Source: Balanoglossus misakiensis
Lineage: Eukaryota; Animalia; Hemichordata
Direction: 5' to 3'
Length of the DNA stretch: 64,000 nucleotides
NCBI GenBank assembly: GCA_040954595.2
Contig: CM082583.2
Span: 12,059,351-12,123,350, forward strand
Shown here in pieces: positions 52,501 through 64,000 of this stretch (positions are counted from its first letter, which is position 1; every line of letters begins with the position of its first letter). The position numbers and the translations under genes were made by a program. The notes under the pieces are model-generated. The model worked only from the letters and a program-made list of their open reading frames with translations. It searched no databases and was not told where the DNA came from.

Positions 52501-55500
52501 ATGGGTTATAGCTCATGAAAATCATCCAAAAATGAGAATTTTTCGACTTTGCGGAATTTCAAAATTTGGCCGATTTTTGAAAAAATCATGGGTTATAGCT
52601 CATGAAAATCATCCAAAAATGAGAATTTTTCGACTTTGCGGAATTTCAAAATTTGGCCGATTTTTGAAAAAACCATGGGTTATAGCTCATGAAAATCATC
52701 CAAAAATGAGAATTTTTCGACTTTGCGGAATTTCAAAATTTGGCCGATTTTTGAAAAAATCATGGGTTATAGCTCATGAAAATCATCCAAAAATGAGAAT
52801 TTTTCGACTTTGCGGAATTTCAAAATTTGGCCGATTTTTGAAAAAATCATGGGTTATAGCTCATGAAAATCATCCAAAAATGAGAATTTTTCGACTTTGC
52901 GGAATTTCAAAATTTGGCCGATTTTTGAAAAAATCATGGGTTATAGCTCATGAAAATCATCCAAAAATGAGAATTTTTCGACTTTGCGGAATTTCAAAAT
53001 TTGGCCGATTTTTGAAAAAATCATGGGTTATAGCTCATGAAAATCATCCAAAAATCAGAATTTTTCGACTTTGCGGAATTTCAAAATTTGGCCGATTTTT
53101 GAAAAAATCATGGGTTATAGCTCATGAAAATCATCCAAAAATGAGAATTTTTCGACTTTGCGGAATTTCAAAATTTGGCCGATTTTTGAAAAAATCATGG
53201 GTTATAGCTCATGAAAATCATCCAAAAATGAGAATTTTTCGACTTTGCGGAATTTCAAAATTTGGCCGATTTTTGAAAAAATCATGGGTTATAGCTCATG
53301 AAAATCATCCAAAAATGAGAATTTTTCGACTTTGCGGAATTTCAAAATTTGGCCGATTTTTGAAAAAATCATGGGTTATAGCTCATGAAAATCATCCAAA
53401 AATGAGAATTTTTCGACTTTGCGGAATTTCAAAATTTGGCCGATTTTTGAAAAAATCATGGGTTATAGCTCATGAAAATCATCCAAAAATGAGAATTTTT
53501 CGACTTTGCGGAATTTCAAAATTTGGCCGATTTTTGAAAAAATCATGGGTTATAGCTCATGAAAATCATCCAAAAATGAGAATTTTTCGACTTTGCGGAA
53601 TTTCAAAATTTGGCCGATTTTTGAAAAAATCATGGGTTATAGCTCATGAAAATCATCCAAAAATGAGAATTTTTCGACTTTGCGGAATTTCAAAATTTGG
53701 CCGATTTTTGAAAAAATCATGGGTTATAGCTCATGAAAATCATCCAAAAATGAGAATTTTTCGACTTTGCGGAATTTCAAAATTTGGCCGATTTTTGAAA
53801 AAATCATGGGTTATAGCTCATGAAAATCATCCAAAAATGAGAATTTTTCGACTTTGCGGAATTTCAAAATTTGGCCGATTTTTGAAAAAATCATGGGTTA
53901 TAGCTCATGAAAATCATCCAAAAATGAGAATTTTTCGACTTTGCGGAATTTCAAAATTTGGCCGATTTTTGAAAAAATCATGGGTTATAGCTCATGAAAA
54001 TCATCCAAAAATGAGAATTTTTCGACTTTGCGGAATTTCAAAATTTGGCCGATTTTTGAAAAAATCATGGGTTATAGCTCATGAAAATCATCCAAAAATG
54101 AGAATTTTTCGACTTTGCGGAATTTCAAAATTTGGCCGATTTTTGAAAAAATCATGGGTTATAGCTCATGAAAATCATCCAAAAATGAGAATTTTTCGAC
54201 TTTGCGGAATTTCAAAATTTGGCCGATTTTTGAAAAAATCATGGGTTATAGCTCATGAAAATCATCCAAAAATGAGAATTTTTCGACTTTGCGGAATTTC
54301 AAAATTTGGCCGATTTTTGAAAAAATCATGGGTTATAGCTCATGAAAATCATCCAAAAATGAGAATTTTTCGACTTTGCGGAATTTCAAAATTTGGCCGA
54401 TTTTTGAAAAAATCATGGGTTATAGCTCATGAAAATCATCCAAAAATGAGAATTTCTCGACTTTGCGGAATTTCAAAATTTGGCCGATTTTTGAAAAAAT
54501 CATGGGTTATAGCTCATGAAAATCATCCAAAAATGAGAATTTTTCGACTTTGCGGAATTTCAAAATTTGGCCGATTTTTGAAAAAATCATGGGTTATAGC
54601 TCATGAAAATCATCCAAAAATGAGAATTTTTCGACTTTGCGGAATTTCAAAATTTGGCCGATTTTTGAAAAAATCATGGGTTATAGCTCATGAAAATCAT
54701 CCAAAAATGAGAATTTTTCGACTTTGCGGAATTTCAAAATTTGGCCGATTTTTGAAAAAATCATGGGTTATAGCTCATGAAAATCATCCAAAAATGAGAA
54801 TTTTTCGACTTTGCGGAATTTCAAAATTTGGCCGATTTTTGAAAAAATCATGGGTTATAGCTCATGAAAATCATCCAAAAATGAGAATTTTTCGACTTTG
54901 CGGAATTTCAAAATTTGGCCGATTTTTGAAAAAATCATGGGTTATAGCTCATGAAAATCATCCAAAAATGAGAATTTTTCGACTTTGCGGAATTTCAAAA
55001 TTTGGCCGATTTTTGAAAAAATCATGGGTTATAGCTCATGAAAATCATCCAAAAATGAGAATTTTTCGACTTTGCGGAATTTCAAAATTTGGCCGATTTT
55101 TGAAAAAATCATGGGTTATAGCTCATGAAAATCATCCAAAAATGAGAATTTTCGACTTTGCGGAATTTCAAAATTTGGCCGATTTTTGAAAAAATCATGG
55201 GTTATAGCTCATGAAAATCATCCAAAAATGAGAATTTTTCGACTTTGCGGAATTTCAAAATTTGGCCGATTTTTGAAAAAATCATGGGTTATAGCTCATG
55301 AAAATCATCCAAAAATGAGAATTTTTCGACTTTGCGGAATTTCAAAATTTGGCCGATTTTTGAAAAAATCATGGGTTATAGCTCATGAAAATCATCCAAA
55401 AATGAGAATTTTTCGACTTTGCGGAATTTCAAAATTTGGCCGATTTTTGAAAAAATCATGGGTTATAGCTCATGAAAATCATCCAAAAATGAGAATTTTT

Positions 55501-58500
55501 CGACTTTGCGGAATTTCAAAATTTGGCCGATTTTTGAAAAAATCATGGGTTATAGCTCATGAAAATCATCCAAAAATGAGAATTTTTCGACTTTGCGGAA
55601 TTTCAAAATTTGGCCGATTTTTGAAAAAATCATGGGTTATAGCTCATGAAAATCATCCAAAAATGAGAATTTTTCGACTTTGCGGAATTTCAAAATTTGG
55701 CCGATTTTTGAAAAAATCATGGGTTATAGCTCATGAAAATCATCCAAAAATGAGAATTTTTCGACTTTGCGGAATTTCAAAATTTGGCCGATTTTTGAAA
55801 AAATCATGGGTTATAGCTCATGAAAATCATCCAAAAATGAGAATTTTTCGACTTTGCGGAATTTCAAAATTTGGCCGATTTTTGAAAAAATCATGGGTTA
55901 TAGCTCATGAAAATCATCCAAAAATGAGAATTTTTCGACTTTGCGGAATTTCAAAATTTGGCCGATTTTTGAAAAAATCATGGGTTATAGCTCATGAAAA
56001 TCATCCAAAAATGAGAATTTTTCGACTTTGCGGAATTTCAAAATTTGGCCGATTTTTGAAAAAATCATGGGTTATAGCTCATGAAAATCATCCAAAAATG
56101 AGAATTTTTCGACTTTGCGGAATTTCAAAATTTGGCCGATTTTTGAAAAAATCATGGGTTATAGCTCATGAAAATCATCCAAAAATGAGAATTTTTCGAC
56201 TTTGCGGAATTTCAAAATTTGGCCGATTTTTGAAAAAATCATGGGTTATAGCTCATGAAAATCATCCAAAAATGAGAATTTTTCGACTTTGCGGAATTTC
56301 AAAATTTGGCCGATTTTTGAAAAAATCATGGGTTATAGCTCATGAAAATCATCCAAAAATGAGAATTTTTCGACTTTGCGGAATTTCAAAATTTGGCCGA
56401 TTTTTGAAAAAATCATGGGTTATAGCTCATGAAAATCATCCAAAAATGAGAATTTTTCGACTTTGCGGAATTTCAAAATTTGGCCGATTTTTGAAAAAAT
56501 CATGGGTTATAGCTCATGAAAATCATCCAAAAATGAGAATTTTTCGACTTTGCGGAATTTCAAAATTTGGCCGATTTTTGAAAAAATCATGGGTTATAGC
56601 TCATGAAAATCATCCAAAAATGAGAATTTTTCGACTTTGCGGAATTTCAAAATTTGGCCGATTTTTGAAAAAATCATGGGTTATAGCTCATGAAAATCAT
56701 CCAAAAATGAGAATTTTTCGACTTTGCGGAATTTCAAAATTTGGCCGATTTTTGAAAAAATCATGGGTTATAGCTCATGAAAATCATCCAAAAATGAGAA
56801 TTTTTCGACTTTGCGGAATTTCAAAATTTGGCCGATTTTTGAAAAAATCATGGGTTATAGCTCATGAAAATCATCCAAAAATGAGAATTTTTCGACTTTG
56901 CGGAATTTCAAAATTTGGCCGATTTTTGAAAAAATCATGGGTTATAGCTCATGAAAATCATCCAAAAATGAGAATTTTTCGACTTTGCGGAATTTCAAAA
57001 TTTGGCCGATTTTTGAAAAAATCATGGGTTATAGCTCATGAAAATCATCCAAAAATGAGAATTTTTCGACTTTGCGGAATTTCAAAATTTGGCCGATTTT
57101 TGAAAAAATCATGGGTTATAGCTCATGAAAATCATCCAAAAATGAGAATTTTTCGACTTTGCGGAATTTCAAAATTTGGCCGATTTTTGAAAAAATCATG
57201 GGTTATAGCTCATGAAAATCATCCAAAAATGAGAATTTTTCGACTTTGCGGAATTTCAAAATTTGGCCGATTTTTGAAAAAATCATGGGTTATAGCTCAT
57301 GAAAATCATCCAAAAATGAGAATTTTTCGACTTTGCGGAATTTCAAAATTTGGCCGATTTTTGAAAAAATCATGGGTTATAGCTCATGAAAATCATCCAA
57401 AAATGAGAATTTTTCGACTTTGCGGAATTTCAAAATTTGGCCGATTTTTGAAAAATCATGGGTTATAGCTCATGAAAATCATCCAAAAATGAGAATTTTT
57501 CGACTTTGCGGAATTTCAAAATTTGGCCGATTTTTGAAAAAATCATGGGTTATAGCTCATGAAAATCATCCAAAAATGAGAATTTTTCGACTTTGCGGAA
57601 TTTCAAAATTTGGCCGATTTTTGAAAAAATCATGGGTTATAGCTCATGAAAATCATCCAAAAATGAGAATTTTTCGACTTTGCGGAATTTCAAAATTTGG
57701 CCGATTTTTGAAAAAATCATGGGTTATAGCTCATGAAAATCATCCAAAAATGAGAATTTTTCGACTTTGCGGAATTTCAAAATTTGGCCGATTTTTGAAA
57801 AAATCATGGGTTATAGCTCATGAAAATCATCCAAAAATGAGAATTTTTCGACTTTGCGGAATTTCAAAATTTGGCCGATTTTTGAAAAAATCATGGGTTA
57901 TAGCTCATGAAAATCATCCAAAAATGAGAATTTTTCGACTTTGCGGAATTTCAAAATTTGGCCGATTTTTGAAAAAATCATGGGTTATAGCTCATGAAAA
58001 TCATCCAAAAATGAGAATTTTTCGACTTTGCGGAATTTCAAAATTTGGCCGATTTTTGAAAAAATCATGGGTTATAGCTCATGAAAATCATCCAAAAATG
58101 AGAATTTTTCGACTTTGCGGAATTTCAAAATTTGGCCGATTTTTGAAAAAATCATGGGTTATAGCTCATGAAAATCATCCAAAAATGAGAATTTTTCGAC
58201 TTTGCGGAATTTCAAAATTTGGCCGATTTTTGAAAAAATCATGGGTTATAGCTCATGAAAATCATCCAAAAATGAGAATTTTTCGACTTTGCGGAATTTC
58301 AAAATTTGGCCGATTTTTGAAAAAATCATGGGTTATAGCTCATGAAAATCATCCAAAAATGAGAATTTTTCGACTTTGCGGAATTTCAAAATTTGGCCGA
58401 TTTTTGAAAAAATCATGGGTTATAGCTCATGAAAATCATCCAAAAATGAGAATTTTTCGACTTTGCGGAATTTCAAAATTTGGCCGATTTTTGAAAAAAT

Positions 58501-61500
58501 CATGGGTTATAGCTCATGAAAATCATCCAAAAATGAGAATTTTTCGACTTTGCGGAATTTCAAAATTTGGCCGATTTTTGAAAAAATCATGGGTTATAGC
58601 TCATGAAAATCATCCAAAAATGAGAATTTTTCGACTTTGCGGAATTTCAAAATTTGGCCGATTTTTGAAAAAATCATGGGTTATAGCTCATGAAAATCAT
58701 CCAAAAATGAGAATTTTTCGACTTTGCGGAATTTCAAAATTTGGCCGATTTTTGAAAAAATCATGGGTTATAGCTCATGAAAATCATCCAAAATGAGAAT
58801 TTTTCGACTTTGCGGAATTTCAAAATTTGGCCGATTTTTGAAAAAATCATGGGTTATAGCTCATGAAAATCATCCAAAAATGAGAATTTTTCGACTTTGC
58901 GGAATTTCAAAATTTGGCCGATTTTTGAAAAAATCATGGGTTATAGCTCATGAAAATCATCCAAAAATGAGAATTTTTCGACTTTGCGGAATTTCAAAAT
59001 TTGGCCGATTTTTGAAAAAATCATGGGTTATAGCTCATGAAAATCATCCAAAAATGAGAATTTTTCGACTTTGCGGAATTTCAAAATTTGGCCGATTTTT
59101 GAAAAAATCATGGGTTATAGCTCATGAAAATCATCCAAAAATGAGAATTTTTCGACTTTGCGGAATTTCAAAATTTGGCCGATTTTTGAAAAAATCATGG
59201 GTTATAGCTCATGAAAATCATCCAAAAATGAGAATTTTTCGACTTTGCGGAATTTCAAAATTTGGCCGATTTTTGAAAAAATCATGGGTTATAGCTCATG
59301 AAAATCATCCAAAAATGAGAATTTTTCGACTTTGCGGAATTTCAAAATTTGGCCGATTTTTGAAAAAATCATGGGTTATAGCTCATGAAAATCATCCAAA
59401 AATGAGAATTTTTCGACTTTGCGGAATTTCAAAATTTGGCCGATTTTTGAAAAAATCATGGGTTATAGCTCATGAAAATCATCCAAAAATGAGAATTTTT
59501 CGACTTTGCGGAATTTCAAAATTTGGCCGATTTTTGAAAAAATCATGGGTTATAGCTCATGAAAATCATCCAAAAATGAGAATTTTTCGACTTTGCGGAA
59601 TTTCAAAATTTGGCCGATTTTTGAAAAAATCATGGGTTATAGCTCATGAAAATCATCCAAAAATGAGAATTTTTCGACTTTGCGGAATTTCAAAATTTGG
59701 CCGATTTTTGAAAAAATCATGGGTTATAGCTCATGAAAATCATCCAAAAATGAGAATTTTTCGACTTTGCGGAATTTCAAAATTTGGCCGATTTTTGAAA
59801 AAATCATGGGTTATAGCTCATGAAAATCATCCAAAAATGAGAATTTTTCGACTTTGCGGAATTTCAAAATTTGGCCGATTTTTGAAAAAATCATGGGTTA
59901 TAGCTCATGAAAATCATCCAAAAATGAGAATTTTTCGACTTTGCGGAATTTCAAAATTTGGCCGATTTTTGAAAAAATCATGGGTTATAGCTCATGAAAA
60001 TCATCCAAAAATGAGAATTTTTCGACTTTGCGGAATTTCAAAATTTGGCCGATTTTTGAAAAAATCATGGGTTATAGCTCATGAAAATCATCCAAAAATG
60101 AGAATTTTTCGACTTTGCGGAATTTCAAAATTTGGCCGATTTTTGAAAAAATCATGGGTTATAGCTCATGAAAATCATCCAAAAATGAGAATTTTTCGAC
60201 TTTGCGGAATTTCAAAATTTGGCCGATTTTTGAAAAAATCATGGGTTATAGCTCATGAAAATCATCCAAAAATGAGAATTTTTCGACTTTGCGGAATTTC
60301 AAAATTTGGCCGATTTTTGAAAAAATCATGGGTTATAGCTCATGAAAATCATCCAAAAATGAGAATTTTTCGACTTTGCGGAATTTCAAAATTTGGCCGA
60401 TTTTTGAAAAAATCATGGGTTATAGCTCATGAAAATCATCCAAAAATGAGAATTTTTCGACTTTGCGGAATTTCAAATTTGGCCGATTTTTGAAAAAATC
60501 ATGGGTTATAGCTCATGAAAATCATCCAAAAATGAGAATTTTTCGACTTTGCGGAATTTCAAAATTTGGCCGATTTTTGAAAAAATCATGGGTTATAGCT
60601 CATGAAAATCATCCAAAAATGAGAATTTTTCGACTTTGCGGAATTTCAAAATTTGGCCGATTTTTGAAAAAATCATGGGTTATAGCTCATGAAAATCATC
60701 CAAAAATGAGAATTTTTCGACTTTGCGGAATTTCAAAATTTGGCCGATTTTTGAAAAAATCATGGGTTATAGCTCATGAAAATCATCCAAAAATGAGAAT
60801 TTTTCGACTTTGCGGAATTTCAAAATTTGGCCGATTTTTGAAAAAATCATGGGTTATAGCTCATGAAAATCATCCAAAAATGAGAATTTTTCGACTTTGC
60901 GGAATTTCAAAATTTGGCCGATTTTTGAAAAAATCATGGGTTATAGCTCATGAAAATCATCCAAAAATGAGAATTTTTCGACTTTGCGGAATTTCAAAAT
61001 TTGGCCGATTTTTGAAAAAATCATGGGTTATAGCTCATGAAAATCATCCAAAAATGAGAATTTTTCGACTTTGCGGAATTTCAAAATTTGGCCGATTTTT
61101 GAAAAAATCATGGGTTATAGCTCATGAAAATCATCCAAAAATGAGAATTTTTCGACTTTGCGGAATTTCAAAATTTGGCCGATTTTTGAAAAAATCATGG
61201 GTTATAGCTCATGAAAATCATCCAAAAATGAGAATTTTTCGACTTTGCGGAATTTCAAAATTTGGCCGATTTTTGAAAAAATCATGGGTTATAGCTCATG
61301 AAAATCATCCAAAAATGAGAATTTTTCGACTTTGCGGAATTTCAAAATTTGGCCGATTTTTGAAAAAATCATGGGTTATAGCTCATGAAAATCATCCAAA
61401 AATGAGAATTTTTCGACTTTGCGGAATTTCAAAATTTGGCCGATTTTTGAAAAAATCATGGGTTATAGCTCATGAAAATCATCCAAAAATGAGAATTTTT

Positions 61501-64000
61501 CGACTTTGCGGAATTTCAAAATTTGGCCGATTTTTGAAAAAATCATGGGTTATAGCTCATGAAAATCATCCAAAAATGAGAATTTTTCGACTTTGCGGAA
61601 TTTCAAAATTTGGCCGATTTTTGAAAAAATCATGGGTTATAGCTCATGAAAATCATCCAAAAATGAGAATTTTTCGACTTTGCGGAATTTCAAAATTTGG
61701 CCGATTTTTGAAAAAATCATGGGTTATAGCTCATGAAAATCATCCAAAAATGAGAATTTTTCGACTTTGCGGAATTTCAAAATTTGGCCGATTTTTGAAA
61801 AAATCATGGGTTATAGCTCATGAAAATCATCCAAAAATGAGAATTTTTCGACTTTGCGGAATTTCAAAATTTGGCCGATTTTTGAAAAAATCATGGGTTA
61901 TAGCTCATGAAAATCATCCAAAAATGAGAATTTTTCGACTTTGCGGAATTTCAAAATTTGGCCGATTTTTGAAAAAATCATGGGTTATAGCTCATGAAAA
62001 TCATCCAAAAATGAGAATTTTTCGACTTTGCGGAATTTCAAAATTTGGCCGATTTTTGAAAAAATCATGGGTTATAGCTCATGAAAATCATCCAAAAATG
62101 AGAATTTTTCGACTTTGCGGAATTTCAAAATTTGGCCGATTTTTGAAAAAATCATGGGTTATAGCTCATGAAAATCATCCAAAAATGAGAATTTTTCGAC
62201 TTTGCGGAATTTCAAAATTTGGCCGATTTTTGAAAAAATCATGGGTTATAGCTCATGAAAATCATCCAAAAATGAGAATTTTTCGACTTTGCGGAATTTC
62301 AAAATTTGGCCGATTTTTGAAAAAATCATGGGTTATAGCTCATGAAAATCATCCAAAAATGAGAATTTTTCGACTTTGCGGAATTTCAAAATTTGGCCGA
62401 TTTTTGAAAAAATCATGGGTTATAGCTCATGAAAATCATCCAAAAATGAGAATTTTTCGACTTTGCGGAATTTCAAAATTTGGCCGATTTTTGAAAAAAT
62501 CATGGGTTATAGCTCATGAAAATCATCCAAAAATGAGAATTTTTCGACTTTGCGGAATTTCAAAATTTGGCCGATTTTTGAAAAAATCATGGGTTATAGC
62601 TCATGAAAATCATCCAAAAATGAGAATTTTTCGACTTTGCGGAATTTCAAAATTTGGCCGATTTTTGAAAAAATCATGGGTTATAGCTCATGAAAATCAT
62701 CCAAAAATGAGAATTTTTCGACTTTGCGGAATTTCAAAATTTGGCCGATTTTTGAAAAAATCATGGGTTATAGCTCATGAAAATCATCCAAAAATGAGAA
62801 TTTTTCGACTTTGCGGAATTTCAAAATTTGGCCGATTTTTGAAAAAATCATGGGTTATAGCTCATGAAAATCATCCAAAAATGAGAATTTTTCGACTTTG
62901 CGGAATTTCAAAATTTGGCCGATTTTTGAAAAAATCATGGGTTATAGCTCATGAAAATCATCCAAAAATGAGAATTTTTCGACTTTGCGGAATTTCAAAA
63001 TTTGGCCGATTTTTGAAAAAATCATGGGTTATAGCTCATGAAAATCATCCAAAAATGAGAATTTTTCGACTTTGCGGAATTTCAAAATTTGGCCGATTTT
63101 TGAAAAAATCATGGGTTATAGCTCATGAAAATCATCCAAAAATGAGAATTTTTCGACTTTGCGGAATTTCAAAATTTGGCCGATTTTTGAAAAAATCATG
63201 GGTTATAGCTCATGAAAATCATCCAAAAATGAGAATTTTTCGACTTTGCGGAATTTCAAAATTTGGCCGATTTTTGAAAAAATCATGGGTTATAGCTCAT
63301 GAAAATCATCCAAAAATGAGAATTTTTCGACTTTGCGGAATTTCAAAATTTGGCCGATTTTTGAAAAAATCATGGGTTATAGCTCATGAAAATCATCCAA
63401 AAATGAGAATTTTTCGACTTTGCGGAATTTCAAAATTTGGCCGATTTTTGAAAAAATCATGGGTTATAGCTCATGAAAATCATCCAAAAATGAGAATTTT
63501 TCGACTTTGCGGAATTTCAAAATTTGGCCGATTTTTGAAAAAATCATGGGTTATAGCTCATGAAAATCATCCAAAAATGAGAATTTTTCGACTTTGCGGA
63601 ATTTCAAAATTTGGCCGATTTTTGAAAAAATCATGGGTTATAGCTCATGAAAATCATCCAAAAATGAGAATTTTTCGACTTTGCGGAATTTCAAAATTTG
63701 GCCGATTTTTGAAAAAATCATGGGTTATAGCTCATGAAAATCATCCAAAAATGAGAATTTTTCGACTTTGCGGAATTTCAAAATTTGGCCGATTTTTGAA
63801 AAAATCATGGGTTATAGCTCATGAAAATCATCCAAAAATGAGAATTTTTCGACTTTGCGGAATTTCAAAATTTGGCCGATTTTTGAAAAAATCATGGGTT
63901 ATAGCTCATGAAAATCATCCAAAAATGAGAATTTTTCGACTTTGCGGAATTTCAAAATTTGGCCGATTTTTGAAAAAATCATGGGTTATAGCTCATGAAA
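46591..64000. repeat. 87-bp satellite DNA array, about 200 copies, running off the window end
   Basis: Consensus atgagaatttttcgactttgcggaatttcaaaatttggccgatttttgaaaaaatcatgggttatagctcatgaaaatcatccaaaa in head-to-tail tandem with no spacers. Variant 87-89 bp units at the left edge; near-invariant beyond about 51 kb. Confidence 0.99.

Noticed and set aside
48029-60477. Single-base deletions near 48029, 55151, 57455, 58791 and 60477 as programmed frameshifts
   Set aside because: All shorten runs of identical bases inside a non-coding satellite; sequencing error or slippage explains them.
47136-64000. Giant ORFs of 305-1552 aa made of a 29-aa repeat
   Set aside because: The monomer length of 87 is a multiple of 3 and one frame happens to lack a stop. 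There is essentially no synonymous variation, edge units are out of frame, and single-base indels break the frame. This is satellite DNA, not a gene.
46591-64000. CRISPR-like array
   Set aside because: No unique spacers, no cas genes, eukaryotic context.

Overview
Eukaryotic (intron-containing) genomic DNA, probably from a marine invertebrate; the species cannot be determined from the sequence. From left to right: (1) the first coding exon of a minus-strand SK/KCNN Ca2+-activated K+ channel (4524-5234), whose other exons lie left of the window; (2) about 20 kb of non-coding DNA with microsatellites, a probable solo LTR (18204-18794) and an orphan VPS33B-like exon (24858-24956); (3) a two-exon somatomedin-B + family-B/Methuselah-like 7TM GPCR (27815-30437, minus); (4) an intact tRNA-Gly(GCC) (31359-31429, minus); (5) a plus-strand gene with 13 coding exons (33030-39166, about 1208 aa) encoding a putatively N-myristoylated ARM-TIR-ARM-TIR-SAM protein, built by internal duplication, with the predicted catalytic Glu present in both TIR domains; (6) a convergent three-exon histamine N-methyltransferase-like gene (39752-41095); (7) from about 46590 to the window end, a highly homogeneous 87-bp satellite of about 200 copies with diverged edge units, variant blocks and two dyad symmetries per monomer. 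The long ORFs in the satellite are artefacts. Exon structures were worked out by hand from splice sites and phases; family assignments come from motif recognition, not database searches. The strongest candidate for a novel system is the double ARM-TIR, SARM1-like putative NADase.
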